The position numbers and the translations under genes are program-made. The notes under the pieces were generated by a model that ran no database searches, was not told where the DNA came from, and saw only the letters and a list, made by a program, of their open reading frames with translations. A DNA stretch of 37,162 nucleotides from positions 1-37,162 of the forward strand of contig SLSE01000180.1 in the NCBI GenBank assembly GCA_007130585.1, read 5' to 3'. How positions within the stretch are numbered: position 1 is the first letter of the stretch; each line of letters opens with the position of its first letter. This DNA comes from Syntrophomonadaceae bacterium. Its GTDB lineage: Bacteria > Bacillota > Dethiobacteria > DTU022. Shown in pieces: positions 15,565-24,336 of the stretch.

Positions 15565-15603
15565 CCGGGCTGTTGCGGTCAGAAGCAGGAAGGACTTTCC
15601 CGT

Positions 15604-15638
15604 TAAAAACACAGCACGCAGATCAGGCTGCGTGCTGC
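15604..15638 (-). terminator. Rho-independent terminator after the TspO-like gene
   Basis: The minus strand reads CAGCACGCAG-CCTGAT-CTGCGTGCTG (10-bp stem) followed by TGTTTTT. Confidence 0.75.
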
Positions 15639-15678
15639 AGGAAAGTAATCTCTGCTTTTAAACCGCGGTTCCGCTTGC

Positions 15679-16467
15679 CTAACCGCCTGTCATTTTTTTC
15701 TGCAGAAACGGGAGCTCGCCCTTGCGGGCGGCAATCCAGCCCAGGAAGAAAATTATCCCCGCAGCTGCCAGCCAGGAAACTACTGTCAGAAAAGGTATTG
15801 CCGTTCCGTGGCGCACCCCGATCCCGACCAGGGCCCAGACAAAAACAGCAGCGTAAATATAGTCCTGCCGCAGGTAGAAAACAGCCAGGGCGATCAGGGC
15901 GGCAATAATCGCCATCAGCATGGTAAAGAAAACCGCGCCGGTGCCGGTGCCCAGCCAGTCTATACTGTAAAGCCAGGCATTGAAGTTAACTATCGAGGCT
16001 GCCGAGATCCAGCCCAGGTAAAGGCTGAAGGGGTATTTGACCAGGATACGGTCAAAAATGTTTTTCTCTGCCGTAACTGCGCCCAGGCGGAGGTAAATCA
16101 CAACCAGGGTGGCCAGTAGCAGCAGGATAATAACCAGGGACCAGCCTATACGCTGGTAGTGCCAGACAAACAACCAGGCAATATTAAATATACTGCTCAC
16201 GGCAAATAATATGCCCACAGCTTTAACTGCCGGATTTTCGCGGTATTGAGGCAGAGCCTGGTAAATAATAAAAGCAATCAGGGCAAGGTAAATCAGGCCC
16301 CATATTGAAAATGCATATGCAGCAGGGGTAATCAGGACCGGATATTCGGCGGCCAGATCCTCCTGGGTCATGTTGTTAAAGGGAATGGCATTGGAGAGAA
16401 AATTAAACAGCAGCACGAGGGCCAGCGCTCCAATATTAATATAAGCCCGGATATCGCTTCGAATCAT
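15679..16467 (-). CDS. Integral membrane protein, TspO/MBR-related (Trp-rich)
   Basis: 262-aa ORF with about 7-8 TM helices and many Trp residues. AYAFSIWGLIYLAL and KYPFSLYLGWISAASIVN blocks resemble TspO-like proteins. The family call is tentative. Confidence 0.45.
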   Translation of the reverse strand: MIRSDIRAYINIGALALVLLFNFLSNAIPFNNMTQEDLAAEYPVLITPAAYAFSIWGLIYLALIAFIIYQALPQYRENPAVKAVGILFAVSSIFNIAWLFVWHYQRIGWSLVIILLLLATLVVIYLRLGAVTAEKNIFDRILVKYPFSLYLGWISAASIVNFNAWLYSIDWLGTGTGAVFFTMLMAIIAALIALAVFYLRQDYIYAAVFVWALVGIGVRHGTAIPFLTVVSWLAAAGIIFFLGWIAARKGELPFLQKKMTGG

Positions 16468-16532
16468 TTAAAACACTCCCCTTTCACTTACTTATCTTCA
16501 TATAATCTTCTCGAAATCAGCAGAGAAACCCT

Positions 16533-17795
16533 TTAAATTTTTACCGGTGCGCCGGGAAAGCGCATTGTCGCGAAATAATCGTCAATTGTTTCCGCCCTCC
16601 GGATCAGCCGGACCGAACCATCTTCGCGGAGCAGCAGTTCGGCGGAACGAAGTTTTCCGTTATAATTAAAGCCCATAGAGTAACCATGCGCCCCGGCATC
16701 GTGGATTACCACCAGGTCACCCGGTTCAATAACCGGCAGGGGACGATCGATCGCAAATTTATCGTTGTTTTCGCATAAAGAACCGGTCACATCATAAACC
16801 TTATCCGCGGGAAGAGATTCTTTGCCCGGAATGGTAATGTGGTGGTAGGCGCCGTAGATACCGGGGCGCATCAGGTTGGCCATACAGGCATCCAGTCCGA
16901 CATATTCCTTGTACTTTCGGGCAACATGGCGGACCCTGCCGACCAGGTAGCCGTAAGGGCCGGTTACCAGGCGGCCGCATTCGAATACAATCTTAACCGG
17001 ATCAAGCCCTTCCTTAACCAGCAGGCTTTTGTAAAGATCACGAATCCCGCCGGAGACCAGGTTCATATCCACGGCCCGGTCTCCGGGACGGTAAGGGATA
17101 CCGATACCGCCGCCCATATTTATGATCTCCACGCTGATCCCGCACTGCTGTTTCAGGCTGACCGCCAGCTCAAAAAGCATGCGGGCGGTCTCCACGAAAT
17201 AAGTATTTTCCAGTTCGTTTGAAGCAACCATGCTGTGCAGCCCGAAGCGTTTAACTCCCCTGGCCTTCATAATCCGGTAAGCTTCGATAACCTGGTCGCG
17301 GGTCACCCCGTACTTGGCTTCCTGCGGTTCTCCGATTAATACATTGCCGGTACGGGCTTCTCCGGGGTTGTAGCGGAACGAAATCAGTTCGGGAATGCCG
17401 GCGCTTTTTTCCAGCGTTTCTATGTGGCCGATATCGTCCAGGTTAATTACCGCCCCGAGACGGTAAGCTTCTGCAAATTCTTCGCCCGGGGTATCGTTAG
17501 AAGTAAATACGATCTCTTCGCCCCTGAAACCGACTTTTTCCGAGAGCAGCAATTCTGCCATTGAACTGCAGTCAACACCCATATTTTCTTCCTGCAAGAT
17601 GCGCAGGATAGCGGGGTTGGGACAGGCCTTTACGGCGAAATGGTTTTTGAAACCGCCTACCCAGGAAAAAGCCCTGTAAAAAGCGCGCGCATTATCCCTG
17701 ATTGCCTTTTCGTCGTAAATAATAAAGGGGGTGGGATAATCTGCCGCTATATTTTCCAGTTGCGTTTTGTTAAAAGGAATCTTTTTTTCAGCCAT
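16533..17795 (-). CDS. lysA: Diaminopimelate decarboxylase (group IV PLP decarboxylase)
   Basis: 420-aa ORF with a PLP-lysine block (HFAVKACPNP), MGGGIGIPY and SLCENNDKF. It sits next to the dapL-dapA-dapB genes on the same strand. Confidence 0.85.
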   Translation of the reverse strand: MAEKKIPFNKTQLENIAADYPTPFIIYDEKAIRDNARAFYRAFSWVGGFKNHFAVKACPNPAILRILQEENMGVDCSSMAELLLSEKVGFRGEEIVFTSNDTPGEEFAEAYRLGAVINLDDIGHIETLEKSAGIPELISFRYNPGEARTGNVLIGEPQEAKYGVTRDQVIEAYRIMKARGVKRFGLHSMVASNELENTYFVETARMLFELAVSLKQQCGISVEIINMGGGIGIPYRPGDRAVDMNLVSGGIRDLYKSLLVKEGLDPVKIVFECGRLVTGPYGYLVGRVRHVARKYKEYVGLDACMANLMRPGIYGAYHHITIPGKESLPADKVYDVTGSLCENNDKFAIDRPLPVIEPGDLVVIHDAGAHGYSMGFNYNGKLRSAELLLREDGSVRLIRRAETIDDYFATMRFPGAPVKI

Positions 17796-17923
17796 TTTTG
17801 CCGCCTCCGTCCCTGTTGTTTGCTTGTGTAGAAATTATTACTGCAGCCGTTCCCGATCATCGGCCGGGTGAACTCCCTGGAGATGTTTCAGCGACCGGGT
17901 TGCCCGGGCAGGTCCGGCTGGAG

Positions 17924-19153
17924 CTATAATACCAGGTTATCCCGGATGCTTTTCATCGCTTCCCCGATGTCTTCGCGGTGACCGAAAGCGCTCAGCCGGA
18001 AATAACCCTCGCCTGCAGGCCCAAAACCTGAACCGGGAGTCCCGACCACATGAGCTTCATGAAGCAGTTTATCAAAAAAACCCCAGGATGAGAGCTCCCC
18101 GGGCGTCTTCAGCCACAGGTAGGGAGCATTGATCCCGCCGTAAACAGTAAGCCCTGTTTTTTGCAGGCCTTCCCTGATCAGGCGGGCATTTTCCATGTAA
18201 TAGCCGATTACTGCGGCGCATTCCTGCCGGCCCTGCTCGCCGAGTACCGCCACGCCGCCGCGCTGGGCGATATTCGAAGCCCCGTTAAAGAATGTTGTCT
18301 GCCTGCGCAGCCAGCTGCGATGAAGTTCGCCCGGCTCGCTGTCTTCACAGACCAGGCTGCGGGGCACTACGGACCAGCCAAGACGTACCCCTGTGAAGCC
18401 GGCGGATTTTGAAAAGCTGTTTATTTCAATGGCGCATTCAGCAGCGCCTTCAATTTCATAAATGGAGCGGGGCAGGTCAGGATCGGATATAAATTCTGAA
18501 TAGGCGGCATCAAAAATGATAACCGCCCTGTGGCTGCGGGCGTAGTCGACAAACTTCCGCAGATTTCCGCGGCCTGCAACGGCGCCTGTCGGGTTGTTCG
18601 GGCTGCAGAGGTAAACCAGGTCGACTTTTTCCTGCGGCGGTTCAGGAATAAAGCCGTTTTCGCTGTTACAGGTCATGTAAACAAAGCCGCCGTAATTACC
18701 CGTGCCGCTATCGAAGCTGCCCGACCGGCCCGCGATCACGTTTGTGTCAACGTAAACGGGGTAAGCAGGATCCTGGAAGGCAACCAGGTTGTCGCTGCTG
18801 AATATAGACTGGATATTCCCCGCATCGGGCTTGGCTCCGTCACTGATAAAAATTTCATCTTTATCAAGCTTAATGCCCCGTTTTCCGTAAAACCGGGCCA
18901 GGCTTTCCCGGAGATCTTGGTCGCCCTGCTCATCTCCGTAACCGGTATAGGTTTCAGCTGCGGACAAATTATTTACAGCGTCATGCAAACCTCTTATTAC
19001 AGAAGGAGGCAGCGGTTCTGTAGTATTACCGATCCCCAGGCGGTGTACCCTGGCCTGCGGGTTGTCCTGCTGAAAAATCTTTATCCTCCGCCCTATTTCA
19101 GGGAAGAGGTATCCTGCGCTTAATTTCCGGTACTCCCTGTTTATTCTGGCCAT
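17924..19153 (-). CDS. dapL: LL-diaminopimelate aminotransferase
   Basis: MARINREYRKLSAGYLFPEIGRRI is the typical DapL N-terminus. NSFSKSAGFTGVRLGW is the PLP-Lys block. I prefer the ATG at 19153 (GGAGA about 10 nt upstream) over the track start at 19174, which has no Shine-Dalgarno. Confidence 0.9.
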   Translation of the reverse strand: MARINREYRKLSAGYLFPEIGRRIKIFQQDNPQARVHRLGIGNTTEPLPPSVIRGLHDAVNNLSAAETYTGYGDEQGDQDLRESLARFYGKRGIKLDKDEIFISDGAKPDAGNIQSIFSSDNLVAFQDPAYPVYVDTNVIAGRSGSFDSGTGNYGGFVYMTCNSENGFIPEPPQEKVDLVYLCSPNNPTGAVAGRGNLRKFVDYARSHRAVIIFDAAYSEFISDPDLPRSIYEIEGAAECAIEINSFSKSAGFTGVRLGWSVVPRSLVCEDSEPGELHRSWLRRQTTFFNGASNIAQRGGVAVLGEQGRQECAAVIGYYMENARLIREGLQKTGLTVYGGINAPYLWLKTPGELSSWGFFDKLLHEAHVVGTPGSGFGPAGEGYFRLSAFGHREDIGEAMKSIRDNLVL

Positions 19154-19186
19154 AGCACGTCTATCTCCTGTCATAAATTATTGCGA

Positions 19187-20104
19187 TCAAATAATACCTT
19201 CCGGGATGTCCAGGCCGGCCATCGCCTTTCTGAGCACCTCATAATGCTCATCTTTCGACAGCGAACAAATTGGCAGACGGTAAGATTCGCGGCACCATTT
19301 TTTCATTGCCATGGCAGCTTTAATCGGAATGGGGTTGGTTTCGATAAAACAGGCCCTGAAAAAGGGCATCAGCCGCTCTTCCAGTTCCCTGGCCCGCTCG
19401 ATATTGCCGCGTATGGCAAAGTGGACCATTTCTTTCATCTGGCGCGGAAGCAGGTTTGCCGCCACTGATACAACCCCGTTGCCTCCCGCTTCAATCAGGT
19501 CGACCGTCATGTTGTCATCACCACAGAGTACTGCAAACTCATCATGGCGCAGGCTGATCAGGTTCTTCATCTGCTCCAGGCTTCCTGATGCTTCTTTTAC
19601 CCCGACAATATTCCTGTTTTCAGTCATCAGGCGGTGCAGGGTTTCATTTTCCAGGTTAACACCGGAACGCGATTCAATGTTATACAAAATACAGGGGATC
19701 GAGACCGATTCAGCTATTGCCTTAAAGTGCAGGTAAAGTCCTTTTTGAGTGGGTTTCACGTAGTAAGGATTGACTAAAAGTAAAGCATCAACTCCCGAAT
19801 GTTCGGCATGCTGCGAAAGCTGGATTGCCTCGGAAGTAGCATTGCTGCCCGTTCCTGCCATTACCGGGACCCTGCCGCCGGCAAACTCCACGGTCAGGGC
19901 TATAACCCGGTCATGTTCCTCGTGGGTCAGGGTTGAACTTTCCCCTGTCGTACCGCAGGGCACCAGTCCGTCTATGCCGGATTCTACCTGATATTCGATC
20001 AGGTGTTTTAACGAAGCGATATCTACTGCCCCGGTTGATGTAAAGGGAGTGATCAGCGCCGTGTGAACTCCCCTAAATATGTTCTCGATTGCCGGCACCT
20101 CCAA
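19187..20104 (-). CDS. dapA: 4-hydroxy-tetrahydrodipicolinate synthase
   Basis: HTALITPF, GLVPCGTTGES and IVGVKEASG (Schiff-base Lys) blocks are present. The track start at 20104 is TTG and overlaps dapB by 32 nt. The exact start is uncertain (see rejected notes). Confidence 0.9.
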   Translation of the reverse strand: MEVPAIENIFRGVHTALITPFTSTGAVDIASLKHLIEYQVESGIDGLVPCGTTGESSTLTHEEHDRVIALTVEFAGGRVPVMAGTGSNATSEAIQLSQHAEHSGVDALLLVNPYYVKPTQKGLYLHFKAIAESVSIPCILYNIESRSGVNLENETLHRLMTENRNIVGVKEASGSLEQMKNLISLRHDEFAVLCGDDNMTVDLIEAGGNGVVSVAANLLPRQMKEMVHFAIRGNIERARELEERLMPFFRACFIETNPIPIKAAMAMKKWCRESYRLPICSLSKDEHYEVLRKAMAGLDIPEGII

Positions 20105-20846
20105 TTATTGAATTCATCATTTCATTGATGGTAAAGAGTCCCTTTTTGCCGCGAATCCATTCCGCAGCGACAATTGCCCCTTCGGCAAATCCCTCGCGGC
20201 TTCTTGCGCTGTGCTCCAGGGTTATTGTATCAACATCACTGTCGAAAATCACCCGGTGCGTACCCGGAGCCGAACCGCACCTGGTTGAGGAAACATGCAG
20301 TTCATGTTCATCGATCTTCCGGTTATCCAGGCTGCTTACAGGCCGGCTCTTCCTGTCCAGGTGTTTTACCATGATACCGGCAATCATCTGAGCTGTTCCT
20401 GAAGGGCTGTCGGCTTTTTGGCGGTGGTGGATTTCGTGAATGGCGGCATCATAATGGGGGAACCGGTTCATAATTGCCGCTGCAGTTTCAACCAGCCGGA
20501 AGAAAAGGTTTACTCCCAGGGAAAAATTGCCCGACCAGATCAGTCCGATACCGGCTTCTTCCACTACTGCAGCAACCCGGTTCATTTGATCATACCAGCC
20601 TGTTGTGCCAACTACCACCGGCACTTTCAGCTCCCCGCAGCGCTCAATATTGCCAATTACTGCCCGGGGATGGGTGAAATCTATTATAACATCAACGGGT
20701 CTTTTTATGGAAGTAATTTCCCTTGCTGTAACTTCCGGAGCTCTGCTTTGCGGGTCTATAACCTCCGGAACTTCGTATCCCTTTGCCACGGCTTTCCGGT
20801 GTATTGTTTTCCCCATTTGACCGTAACCGCAAATACCGATGCGCAC
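20073..20846 (-). CDS. dapB: 4-hydroxy-tetrahydrodipicolinate reductase
   Basis: MRIGICGYGQMGKT is a Rossmann motif. EIHHRQKADSPSGTA is the DapB signature block. GTG start at 20844-20846, with in-frame TGA TGA just upstream. Confidence 0.9.
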   Translation of the reverse strand: MRIGICGYGQMGKTIHRKAVAKGYEVPEVIDPQSRAPEVTAREITSIKRPVDVIIDFTHPRAVIGNIERCGELKVPVVVGTTGWYDQMNRVAAVVEEAGIGLIWSGNFSLGVNLFFRLVETAAAIMNRFPHYDAAIHEIHHRQKADSPSGTAQMIAGIMVKHLDRKSRPVSSLDNRKIDEHELHVSSTRCGSAPGTHRVIFDSDVDTITLEHSARSREGFAEGAIVAAEWIRGKKGLFTINEMMNSIIGGAGNREHI

Positions 20847-20966
20847 AATTCATCAACTCTCTTTCTCCTCTGTCTGAAATTATATTCTCCGGTTTACCGG
20901 CACTTCCTTCAAAATAACCGTATATTGACAAAAAGACCCTAACAGGTGAGCTGACAGGCGGTTGCC

Positions 20967-20996
20967 TTGACTTGCCCCGGGAAAAATCGCTATAAT
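20967..20996 (+). promoter_or_regulatory. Candidate sigma-70 promoter for DUF3786-MFS
   Basis: TTGACT (20967-20972), an 18-nt spacer, then TATAAT (20991-20996). It lies about 20-35 nt before the candidate starts. Confidence 0.5.
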
Positions 20997-21017
20997 TAGC
21001 GAAGTTATTACTAACCG

Positions 21018-21719
21018 GTGGTGAATATAATGGAATCCGGCAAAGCGGGTGAACGGCTGCCGGGGTTGGATGAGGCGGCCAATGAAAACAAGAGGCGCCG
21101 GTCTCTGGTGGTGCGCTGCGATCAGTACCGGGAGAACCTGAAAAAACGCGATCCCCTGGAACTGGCCCGCCTGGCGGCAATAAGCAGCGTAAAACAGCCC
21201 GACGGCAGTTTTGTACTAGGCGGCGCTCATTTTTCAAAAGAGTACCGCATCAACTGGCCCTCCCTGACCGTTACCGGCAGCAGCGGAGAGCCCGCTTCAC
21301 TGCAGACAGAAACCCTCTGGCTGCATTACCTTGATCGTGCCGACGGCCATCCTCTTACCGGGCGCTGGGTAAACTTAAGCGAAATCGGGGGGTTGTTCTA
21401 CCAGCAGGCTTTCCAGGGTTATTGTGGGGATATGCTGGCCGAATCCTGGGGGAACAATCTTGATGGCCTGCGCAAAAACTGCCTGGCAACCGGCGGATGG
21501 CCTATACCGGATCTGGCCGATCTGGCTTTCGAATGGCGGGCCCTGCCCCGCCTTCCCTTATGCCTCTGTTACCGCCTTCCGGCCGGCCCAAAAGGAGCAT
21601 GGGCAACCATGCTCTTTGACGCAGCTGCAGAACACTACGTGGCCGCAGACGTTGCCGCGATTGTCGGTAAAGAACTGGCCGACCGGCTGGTAACGGGACA
21701 AAAAAAGGAACTGAGTTAA
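21018..21719 (+). CDS. DUF3786 domain protein
   Basis: 233-aa ORF. The pattern ...YRINWPSLTV...ETLWLHYLDRADGHPLTGRWVNLSEIGGLFYQQAFQGY...LPLCLCYRLP...TMLFDAAAEHYVAADVAAIVGKEL matches my memory of DUF3786 proteins of Clostridia and methanogens. The start is GTG at 21018 or ATG at 21030. Confidence 0.55.
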   Translation: MVNIMESGKAGERLPGLDEAANENKRRRSLVVRCDQYRENLKKRDPLELARLAAISSVKQPDGSFVLGGAHFSKEYRINWPSLTVTGSSGEPASLQTETLWLHYLDRADGHPLTGRWVNLSEIGGLFYQQAFQGYCGDMLAESWGNNLDGLRKNCLATGGWPIPDLADLAFEWRALPRLPLCLCYRLPAGPKGAWATMLFDAAAEHYVAADVAAIVGKELADRLVTGQKKELS

Positions 21720-21721
21720 AG

Positions 21722-22936
21722 TTGAATGTAAGCCGAACTACAACAACCGGAGGTCACGGCTTTAGAACGGGATGGTTGAACTGGTTCTTTTTTTTCGGTT
21801 CAGTTTTATTCTTCATGGCTAACCTGTTTGCTGCGATAGCCGTTTTCCCCTCCTACAGCCTTGCCATCGGCAGCACTCCTTTTCAGGCCGGATTGCAAAA
21901 TACTTTATTCGGGGTGGCTGCCGTTTTGATCCGCTTCTACCTGGGCCCGGTTATGGATGACCGGGGACCTAAACCCCTGATGCTCCTGGGCGCCTTTACA
22001 TTTGCCACCGCCCCGCTGCTGCTGTTGATCAGTCCCGGTTATAATCTGCTGCTGGCAGCGAGGATTTATCAATCCCTGGGCCTGGCTGTTTTTCTGCCCG
22101 GAATGTATGCCCTGACAGCTGAAATGGCTCCGCCGGCGCGCATTGGCACTTACCTGGGTTCACTGCGCATATCCTTCAACATCGGCCTGCTGGCAGGTCC
22201 TTCCGCTGCTCTTTTAATTATCGGGGGACCGGGTTACAACACCTGGTTTGTAGTGAGCGCCCTGAGCAGTTTTCTGGCCCTTGCCCTGTTGGCCCTGGTC
22301 AGGGTGCCGGAAACTCCGGTCAGGGCCGTAAAAAGTCCGGGCTCGCTGAACCAGATTCTGCAGGCGCTCACTGTCAAGCAGATTTACCCGATTATCGGCG
22401 GCATTGCGCTGTTTGCCTTCACCTACAGCGGCGTAGTTTCTTTTGCCGCGGTACATATTGAAGAGGCAGCACCAAATGTGGAGGCGGCATACTTTTTTAT
22501 AGCTTTCGGGGCGGCGGGAATAATTACCTGCCTGGGTGCGGGAGTTCTATCCGATCGGTTCGGACGACAGCAGGTTGCCTGGCCGATGTTAATCCTCCTG
22601 GGGATCGGATCGGCCCTGTTCTACTGCTTGCCCGCCTGGCCGGCGCTGGTTATAGTGTGCGCAGTTATACTGGGAATTGGCATCCAGGGCAGCTCGCTGG
22701 TTTTTGCAGCCTGGTTGATAGAAATCAGCAGACCCGGGCTGCGAGCAACCACGATCAGTCTCCAGGAAAACTCTATCGACATATTTTTTGCCCTGGGCGC
22801 GATGGCTTTCGGGCTGGCGGCCCAGGAGCCGGGCCTGGGCAGGGCTTTCCTTGCAGCCGGATTAATAACCATTGTCGCTGTCCTGCCGCTTAGAAAATTA
22901 AGCGCGTACCTGATTAACAATAAAGCTAATGATTGA
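21722..22936 (+). CDS. MFS transporter
   Basis: 404-aa ORF with about 12 TM helices and MFS-like loops (YLGPVMDDRGPK; LSDRFGRQQ). TTG start 2 nt after the DUF3786 stop. The start is uncertain. Confidence 0.75.
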   Translation: MNVSRTTTTGGHGFRTGWLNWFFFFGSVLFFMANLFAAIAVFPSYSLAIGSTPFQAGLQNTLFGVAAVLIRFYLGPVMDDRGPKPLMLLGAFTFATAPLLLLISPGYNLLLAARIYQSLGLAVFLPGMYALTAEMAPPARIGTYLGSLRISFNIGLLAGPSAALLIIGGPGYNTWFVVSALSSFLALALLALVRVPETPVRAVKSPGSLNQILQALTVKQIYPIIGGIALFAFTYSGVVSFAAVHIEEAAPNVEAAYFFIAFGAAGIITCLGAGVLSDRFGRQQVAWPMLILLGIGSALFYCLPAWPALVIVCAVILGIGIQGSSLVFAAWLIEISRPGLRATTISLQENSIDIFFALGAMAFGLAAQEPGLGRAFLAAGLITIVAVLPLRKLSAYLINNKAND

Positions 22937-23303
22937 AAGGCACCAGGTAAACCCGGTCTCCTTCTTTTTTCCCCTTTACAAGTTCACAATGCCTTAATAC
23001 CGCAATCTGTTTTTCAAGTTCCCAGTCGGCAATTTTTAAATCCTCAATGATCTGCTGCCTGGTAACCTGGCCGTTATCCTTGATGTAGTTGTAAATTTCT
23101 TTTTGGATATCCAGCAGGCCATCGGTCCCGGCCTGCCCGGCTGCCCGGCGGTGCTTTTTAGCAAGCTGTGTGGCGGTCACATCACAGGTTTTAGGAGCCT
23201 GCATCGCTCCCATGAAGCAGTCTTCGCAAAGATCCTCATCGCGGTGCCGGTATATCTCATCACCGCTTATTTTATCCCCGCACCTCGCACATTCTGAAGT
23301 CAT
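22926..23303 (-). CDS. Hypothetical Zn-ribbon plus winged-helix-like protein (125 aa)
   Basis: I trimmed the 184-aa track ORF to the ATG at 23301-23303 (MTSECARCGDKISGDEIYRHRDEDLCEDCF...), which is preceded by GGAAGGAGG. It has CxxC...CxxC, then a wHTH-like C-terminus (IYNYIKDNGQVTRQQIIEDL...VLRHCELVKGKKEG). Its 3' end overlaps the convergent MFS gene by 11 nt. Confidence 0.5.
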   Translation of the reverse strand: MTSECARCGDKISGDEIYRHRDEDLCEDCFMGAMQAPKTCDVTATQLAKKHRRAAGQAGTDGLLDIQKEIYNYIKDNGQVTRQQIIEDLKIADWELEKQIAVLRHCELVKGKKEGDRVYLVPFNH

Positions 23304-23352
23304 CCCAAAAACCTCCTTCCACTCTGTTCCGGAACAGGCACATCCCAAATTT

Positions 23353-23739
23353 TTAAAGGTACCTGAAGTTTGACTTTTTCTGCTGCAGGTGGCAGGCAAT
23401 TGCCTGCCGCAGGGCTGCAGTGCCCAGGTTTGAGCAGTGAATTTTAGCTTCGGGCAGCCCGCCGAGAGCCTCCACGACATCTGATTCAGCTATCGAGAGA
23501 GCCTCTTTCAGGGTTGTTCCGAGCGCCAGCACGGTCAAAACACTGGTTGTAGCAATTGAAGCCGGGCAGCCGCAGGCTTCGAATGTTACTCCCTGCAGGC
23601 GATTTTCCCGGACACGAATATGGATCCTTATAAAGTCACCGCATTCTGGATCGCCGATGGTTCCAATTCCGTCAGCATCTTCAATCACACCTGCGTTCCT
23701 GGGGTTTATAAAATGGTCGATTAGTTGCGGCGTATACAA
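23353..23739 (-). CDS. iscU: IscU/NifU-N-type Fe-S cluster scaffold protein
   Basis: 128-aa ORF with the three scaffold cysteines in typical context (GDPECGD, ACGCPASIATTS, IHCSNLG). Confidence 0.85.
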   Translation of the reverse strand: MYTPQLIDHFINPRNAGVIEDADGIGTIGDPECGDFIRIHIRVRENRLQGVTFEACGCPASIATTSVLTVLALGTTLKEALSIAESDVVEALGGLPEAKIHCSNLGTAALRQAIACHLQQKKSNFRYL

Positions 23740-23865
23740 TATGTCACCTCTGCTTGAACCTCTGTACTATATTATATCATTTGGCCTGTAAGGCAGTCAG
23801 AATTAATTGCCCTTTACCTGAATTATCCTCGCCAAAAAAAAGGATGAGCCAACCTTTTGAAGAAT

Positions 23866-23877
23866 ATATTAATATAC
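23866..23877. promoter_or_regulatory. Perfect 12-bp AT palindrome TATATTAATATA upstream of sor (candidate PerR/Fur-type box)
   Basis: Read directly from the sequence, about 30 nt upstream of the sor ATG and just downstream of a TTGAAG -35-like hexamer. A Fur-family regulator is encoded 1.3 kb downstream. Confidence 0.3.
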
Positions 23878-23907
23878 AGTTTTACTATCAAGAAGGAGGT
23901 AATAAAG

Positions 23908-24303
23908 ATGAGTGTGATCGGAGATCATGTTCAATCAGCAGACTGGAAATCCGAAAAGCACGTGCCCGTAATCCAGGTCAAAGGGCCGGCCAAAAAAGGA
24001 GAACCCTTCGAAGTCCAGCTGAGCATAGGAGAAGAAATCCCCCACCCCCACACAACAGAACACCACATCAGGTACATTCAGCTGTTTTTCAAGCCTGAAG
24101 GTGAGAAATTTATTGTCAACCTGGGAACTTACCAGTTCGAAGCTCACGGGGAATCTGTTGACGGGCCCAACGAGGGCAGCGCCAAATGCGAACCCAGGGT
24201 AACAACCACGATAACCCTGGAAAAACCGGGCGATCTGGTAGCATTAAGTTACTGCAATATCCACGGCCTGTGGGACAATGCAGAAAAAATTGAACTGGGC
24301 TAA
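23908..24303 (+). CDS. sor: Superoxide reductase (1Fe-SOR, neelaredoxin type)
   Basis: I trimmed the track ORF to the ATG at 23908, which is preceded by AAGGAGG. MSVIGDHVQSADWKSEKHVPVI...EIPHPHTTEHHIRYIQLFF...ALSYCNIHGLWDN is near-collinear with the Pyrococcus furiosus SOR as I remember it. All Fe ligand blocks are present (HPxxxxHH, CNxHG). Confidence 0.95.
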   Translation: MSVIGDHVQSADWKSEKHVPVIQVKGPAKKGEPFEVQLSIGEEIPHPHTTEHHIRYIQLFFKPEGEKFIVNLGTYQFEAHGESVDGPNEGSAKCEPRVTTTITLEKPGDLVALSYCNIHGLWDNAEKIELG

Positions 24304-24336
24304 AACCCCGGGCGGCACGGAGATTCGTTTTATTAA

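Noticed and set aside
14113-15612. N-terminal extensions of several track ORFs: 14113..15612, 22926..23480, 23857..24303, 28362..29471, 34787..35080, 36267..36707 and 17924..19174.
   Set aside because: The extensions are compositionally unlike the rest of each protein, being Arg/Cys/Ser-rich and lacking TM or domain features. They have no Shine-Dalgarno. In each case an internal ATG or GTG with a strong Shine-Dalgarno gives the family-typical N-terminus, so I trimmed the calls accordingly.
17796-17923. Lysine riboswitch (L-box) upstream of lysA, and likewise upstream of dapB at 20847-21017.
   Set aside because: The leaders are 128 and 170 nt, which is short for an L-box. I could not find the conserved L-box core segments by eye. 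This was not tested with a covariance model.
20083-20104. Possible non-canonical ATC start for dapA. The sequence TTGGAGGTG contains both the track TTG start and a GTG, and it forms a perfect GGAGGTG Shine-Dalgarno 8 nt upstream of ATC (Ile6). That start would give the family-typical N-terminal length (M-ENIFRGVHTALITPF).
   Set aside because: ATC initiation is very rare, and translational coupling to the overlapping dapB could explain a start without a Shine-Dalgarno. It cannot be decided from sequence, so the track coordinates are kept.
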